64,000 nucleotides of DNA from an uncultured Gammaproteobacteria bacterium (GTDB taxonomy: Bacteria > Patescibacteriota > Microgenomatia > 0-14-0-10-38-17). Positions 60,922-64,000 of the stretch are shown here, piece by piece. The notes under the pieces were generated by a model. The model saw nothing but the letters and a program-made list of their open reading frames with translations, searched no databases and had not been told where the DNA came from. The DNA is taken from contig CAYGEH010000001.1 of the NCBI GenBank assembly GCA_964348895.1, forward strand, positions 182,610 to 246,609, read 5' to 3'. The first letter of the stretch is position 1. Each line of letters starts with the position of its first letter. A program made the position numbers and the translations under genes.

Positions 60922-61997
60922 TTGTCCAGATAAAACAATAAAATTGAAAAGTCGATCGCATTACACTCGCCGTCATCATTAAGATCACAATCTGAAATAT
61001 TAGCATAAACCTCTTCCCGGCTGGTTATCGCAACCAAGAATTGCTTCCAGTTATCAACCCAACCGCTTACCGCATCATATAGTTCGCCCCCCTCTATCCT
61101 ACCATCTTTATTAACATCAAAAAAAGCTAAAAAAGAAGGAAGAAGAGCCAAGGGTCTGGTTATTTCGGGAGTAGGGGTTGGTAGTTTAGCTTCTGGGGGC
61201 ACAAACAGAGGAGGCGGAGTTGGTAATGTTAATGGGCCCGGTGGGGGCGAATCGTCTAGGGGAAAACTGGGAAAGATGGTCCTGTTAGTGGCAAGATAAC
61301 CCGCTTTTGTCGCTTGAAAAGCACATCTTCCTGCCAAAACTCTACAGGTAGCTGGAAAAACAATTCCTTCAGTTGTCCACCCTGAACTAGGACTAGCTGA
61401 ACGAACAATATTTAGGACTTGACCGTCAAGGTGATTCCCCACATAAATATTTAAAATGGCAGAGGGAGAAACCCTTGGCGTTGTCGTTGAAATCCTCCAT
61501 TGCAAGGCTCCATCGACCACCACTCCTGACGGAAAACCAGACAAAGACCGGAGAGAAACGGCGGCGACAAGAAGGGAAACTGGGTCGTATTTTGCCTCAT
61601 CTTCTCTGGTTATGGCCGTATTTTGAGGTAAAATAATTCTGCTAAAATCAGTAGAAACGGGAATATTAATTGTAATTTGAGTCGAGGCAAGAAGAGAAGA
61701 AACAAGAGTGATGGTGTCTACTGAAGGTTTTCTTAACAGGCCAGCGGCAAAAAGGGAAGCTACTTGGTGGGGGGCAACATTATCAGGGTCTATCGCTGGA
61801 ATCAAGCAGCCAGAAACATTGAAAGTGCAGGAAGTAAAGGGAAGATTGTTGTTCTCATAACACAGCAAGTCCCCGCCTAAATAACCTAAATTAAGACAAG
61901 TTCTGTTTTGTAAGTCGCCAACCTCACATTCTTCATTGCTTTCTACCGTGCCATCACCACAAACATTTATTCTCACCGTTGCTTTAATGTTACCCAA
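60918..61997 (-). CDS. Secreted protein with N-terminal Cys-rich repeat (CGDGxVExxEEC type) and C-terminal type-I dockerin domain; true start probably at 62124 with a homopolymer frameshift
   Basis: C-terminus FDVNKDGRIEGGELYDAV...DLNDDGECNAIDFSILLFYL is two canonical dockerin Ca-binding loops plus helices. N-terminus INVCGDGTVESNEECEVGD matches the Myxococcus-type Cys-rich repeat. The listed start is TTG. The frame stays open upstream to 62111, and an ATG at 62122-62124 in the +1 frame encodes MNKLTLPFQSKKK, which joins a hydrophobic signal h-region if the T10 run at 62085-62094 were T9. Confidence 0.6.
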   Translation of the reverse strand: MGNIKATVRINVCGDGTVESNEECEVGDLQNRTCLNLGYLGGDLLCYENNNLPFTSCTFNVSGCLIPAIDPDNVAPHQVASLFAAGLLRKPSVDTITLVSSLLASTQITINIPVSTDFSRIILPQNTAITREDEAKYDPVSLLVAAVSLRSLSGFPSGVVVDGALQWRISTTTPRVSPSAILNIYVGNHLDGQVLNIVRSASPSSGWTTEGIVFPATCRVLAGRCAFQATKAGYLATNRTIFPSFPLDDSPPPGPLTLPTPPPLFVPPEAKLPTPTPEITRPLALLPSFLAFFDVNKDGRIEGGELYDAVSGWVDNWKQFLVAITSREEVYANISDCDLNDDGECNAIDFSILLFYLDK

Positions 61998-62120
61998 ATG
62001 GCTTGTTGCTTTTGCTTCTTTAACCCTAGAGAGAAGAATAATTTCAAGAAGTAGGAAAAGGAAAATTATAAAAAAAAAGGGTAATTTTTTTTTTGCTTTG
62101 GAAAGGAAGGGTTAATTTAT

Positions 62121-62774
62121 TCATTTTTCTTTTTTCTCCTGCTTGTCTTCTAAAATAACCTCTTTGGTGGTTTTAGGTTTTTTTAGATTAATTTGAATAT
62201 TAAAGAATCTTTTAAAGGCTAAAAGCAGAGCTACTATTGAGAGGAAAATTAACCCCCGCTGTGGCCAAGGAGCATAAACTCTAAAAAAACTAATTAACTT
62301 ATAGTAAAGACCAGAGAAAACATTAGTTGGCTCAACGGTAAAATAGAGTCTGGCAGCAGCAGCTATACCCACTCTGGTTTGGCTCTCCTGAGCCGTTTCT
62401 ATTGGACGAGCCTCCAAATAAGCAAAATAATCACCTGGCTCCATTCTTAGGGGCAGATTAAGCTTGACATCAACTGGCTTGACTTTGCCTGGTTCTAAGT
62501 GAAAAGTTTTAGGAGAAAAAATAAACCAATCCTGCTCTGGTTTTTTTTCTGGTTGCTATTCGTGATATTGAATTGAAATTTCATAATCAGAGGGTTCTCC
62601 TCCAGTATTTAAAACCGTAAACGAAGGGAGCTGATAGATCATTCCCGGCTTTAGCTTCTCATCAACCTGAATTTTACCCACCCCTACCCCCACGCCTATC
62701 TGGGCTAGGGTTTGACTAAAAAAAGAAAGAAAGATTGTTAATAAAAAAAAACAAAAAAACGTTAACCGTTTCAT
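62121..62774 (-). pseudogene. Signal-peptide protein with C-terminal TM anchor, interrupted by a single in-frame TAG (62556-62558)
   Basis: ORFs 62556..62774 and 62121..62444 are in the same frame. The only interruption is one TAG (...ISIQYHE*QPEKKPEQDWFIF...MEPGDYFAYLEARPIE...), and the frame is otherwise open. The product would be about 217 aa: signal peptide, beta-rich ectodomain, C-terminal TM LIFLSIVALLLAF plus KR-rich tail. Confidence 0.5.
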
Positions 62775-62830
62775 TGAAACAATTATACACTAAAAGAGAA
62801 AGAAACAAACTGGTTTATTGGAGAAAATCA

Positions 62831-63340
62831 TTAAAGTGTAGCCTGAACAATCACATCTACATTTTGCGCAGTAAAGACGGTTGAAGGGTTTGGAGCAGTA
62901 ACTTGTAAGTTAAGGGGTGTTGTGCCAAGTGGTGCCACTGACGTTGCTAGGTTTTGATTAGTAAGGGTTAGGGGGGTCCCGCCAGAAAAGGTGCTACAAG
63001 TGGTGTTTAAATATCGATGGACATATTGATCTGCCCCTGGTGTAGCCGCCAGCGTCCAGTTGGCCGAATTAGTCCCTCTGATGTTAAAAGTTGCTGACAC
63101 ATTACCAGTATTAGTCACCGTTTGAAGTTCGTTTGCTTCAGTGGTACAGGTGCTTCTGCTGGTATTGGCTGGTATTATGCCGTAAGCAATTGTCCCATCT
63201 GTAACCGAAAGGGCTATGTTTTGGACTGTAACTGTTGCTATTACTGTGCTCTGGGCCCCAGCATTTCCGACAAAGAAAGAAGAAACTACGAGTAAAAAAG
63301 AAACTACGAGTAAAATGGCAGAGAAGCGTTTTGTTTTCAT
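62831..63340 (-). CDS. Small secreted beta-rich protein (paralog B), pilin/adhesin-like, unknown family
   Basis: Signal peptide containing an 18-bp tandem duplication. Shares motifs GTIAYG, TFNIRG, WTL, QYVH and C-terminal VDV(I/T)(V/I)QA with the neighbouring paralog; 169 aa. Confidence 0.55.
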   Translation of the reverse strand: MKTKRFSAILLVVSFLLVVSSFFVGNAGAQSTVIATVTVQNIALSVTDGTIAYGIIPANTSRSTCTTEANELQTVTNTGNVSATFNIRGTNSANWTLAATPGADQYVHRYLNTTCSTFSGGTPLTLTNQNLATSVAPLGTTPLNLQVTAPNPSTVFTAQNVDVIVQATL

Positions 63341-63396
63341 TAGTATTTAATAAAACAGATTGTAATTTTCTTGTCAAGAGGTATTTTTCTTTAAAA

Positions 63397-64000
63397 CTAT
63401 TGAACTGCCTGTATAGTTACATCAACTGCTTGCTGGCTGTCACAGAAGGAGAGGCTGGGAACAATGATGCGTAAATCAAAGTTCCTAGAGGCACTTTGGG
63501 CAACATTAGTGTAGAGAGCTTGATTGGTCGTGGTTAGGGGAATATAGTTGGTTGGCGGGCTAGTACAAGAAACATCGGTGGTTCGGCAAAATTGATGAAC
63601 ATACTGATTGCTGCCAATAGTTGAGGCCAGCGTCCAAGGACAGGGAGCATTCTGCCCCCTGATATTAAATGTTACCGTAACATTGCCGTTATTCTGGGCA
63701 GTGATAGTCCGATTCATATCGGCAGAATGAGTGGCTCTGGCGCCTCCAGGGGGAACCATCCCATAGGCAATTGTTCCGTTGGCGGTAATCACAACCGAAA
63801 CAACGGCTGTTGAAACTTCTTGCCATTGAAAAGAAAACTGAAAGCGAATATTTGTATCTCCTGCCGCTGCTTCTTGAAAAAGAGCAATCCCCTCGCCTGG
63901 AGAAAGGATTAGTTCGTCGCCAAAAATAATTTGTCTTTCATAAACACCAATACTTTGATTAACAACCCCAGGGGCAGTAACGCCAAGCAAGCGTGAGTCG
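63397..64000 (-). CDS. Secreted beta-rich protein (paralog A), partial, continues beyond window end
   Basis: Same motif set as paralog B (GTIAYGMVP, VTFNIRGQN, PWTL, QYVHQF, VDVTIQAVQ). No signal peptide within the window and the reading frame stays open to position 64000. Confidence 0.5.
   Translation of the reverse strand, partial: DSRLLGVTAPGVVNQSIGVYERQIIFGDELILSPGEGIALFQEAAAGDTNIRFQFSFQWQEVSTAVVSVVITANGTIAYGMVPPGGARATHSADMNRTITAQNNGNVTVTFNIRGQNAPCPWTLASTIGSNQYVHQFCRTTDVSCTSPPTNYIPLTTTNQALYTNVAQSASRNFDLRIIVPSLSFCDSQQAVDVTIQAVQ

Noticed and set aside
62121-62774. Stop-codon reassignment (TAG as sense) as the explanation for the in-frame TAG
   Set aside because: TAG and TGA terminate many well-conserved genes in this window at the expected positions (for example TGA ends the pilN-like gene). 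A single in-frame TAG is more likely a mutation, an error or local read-through than a code change.
1-64000. CRISPR array / cas genes
   Set aside because: No repeat-spacer periodicity was seen anywhere in the window. The only tandem repeats are coding (TP/PTPTPVRTT) repeats.

Overview
This 64 kb window looks like a small, AT-rich bacterial genome with compact, often overlapping genes and shortened housekeeping proteins (IF-2 of 477 aa, HrcA of 241 aa, MetRS of 468 aa). That style is typical of Candidate Phyla Radiation / Patescibacteria, but this attribution is an inference; no lineage search was run. The standard genetic code appears to be in use (TGA terminates ORFs). Core content: a proS fragment, RNase J, the nusA-infB-rpsO-pnp cluster, hrcA-grpE-dnaK-dnaJ with a duplicated CIRCE-like operator, peptidoglycan genes (murF-like, ddl, murJ, murI, FemAB-like), metG, rpsT, uvrD, recF, fpg, ftsH, xth, xerC/D-like, and three tRNAs (Cys-GCA and two CAT). 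Several accessory loci carry envelope or surface functions. (1) A GC-richer three-gene operon encodes a Tat-signal lipoprotein, a small membrane protein and an 868-aa extremely Cys/Gly/Trp-rich secreted protein. (2) Two lipid-linked glycan gene sets combine a WecA-like initiating transferase, GT-C enzymes and a QxxRW GT2 synthase, and separately an FAD-oxidoreductase, UbiA-prenyltransferase, ArnT-like GT-C, HAD and YYY-family membrane protein. (3) A PilN/PilO-like pair is translationally coupled to three Thr-Pro-repeat surface proteins with C-terminal anchor-like tails, one with an LPEAG motif. (4) Next to two tRNA genes and a Xer-like recombinase, a five-gene operon pairs a membrane-anchored cohesin-like protein with a secreted dockerin protein, together with paralogous small secreted beta-rich proteins. 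Three genes of secreted or surface type carry single lesions, and two of them sit in this last operon: a homopolymer frameshift, an in-frame TAG and a split ORF. I consider the cohesin-dockerin surface locus and the Cys-rich secreted-protein operon the best candidates for undescribed biology. All functional calls rest on motif and architecture recognition by eye, without database searches.
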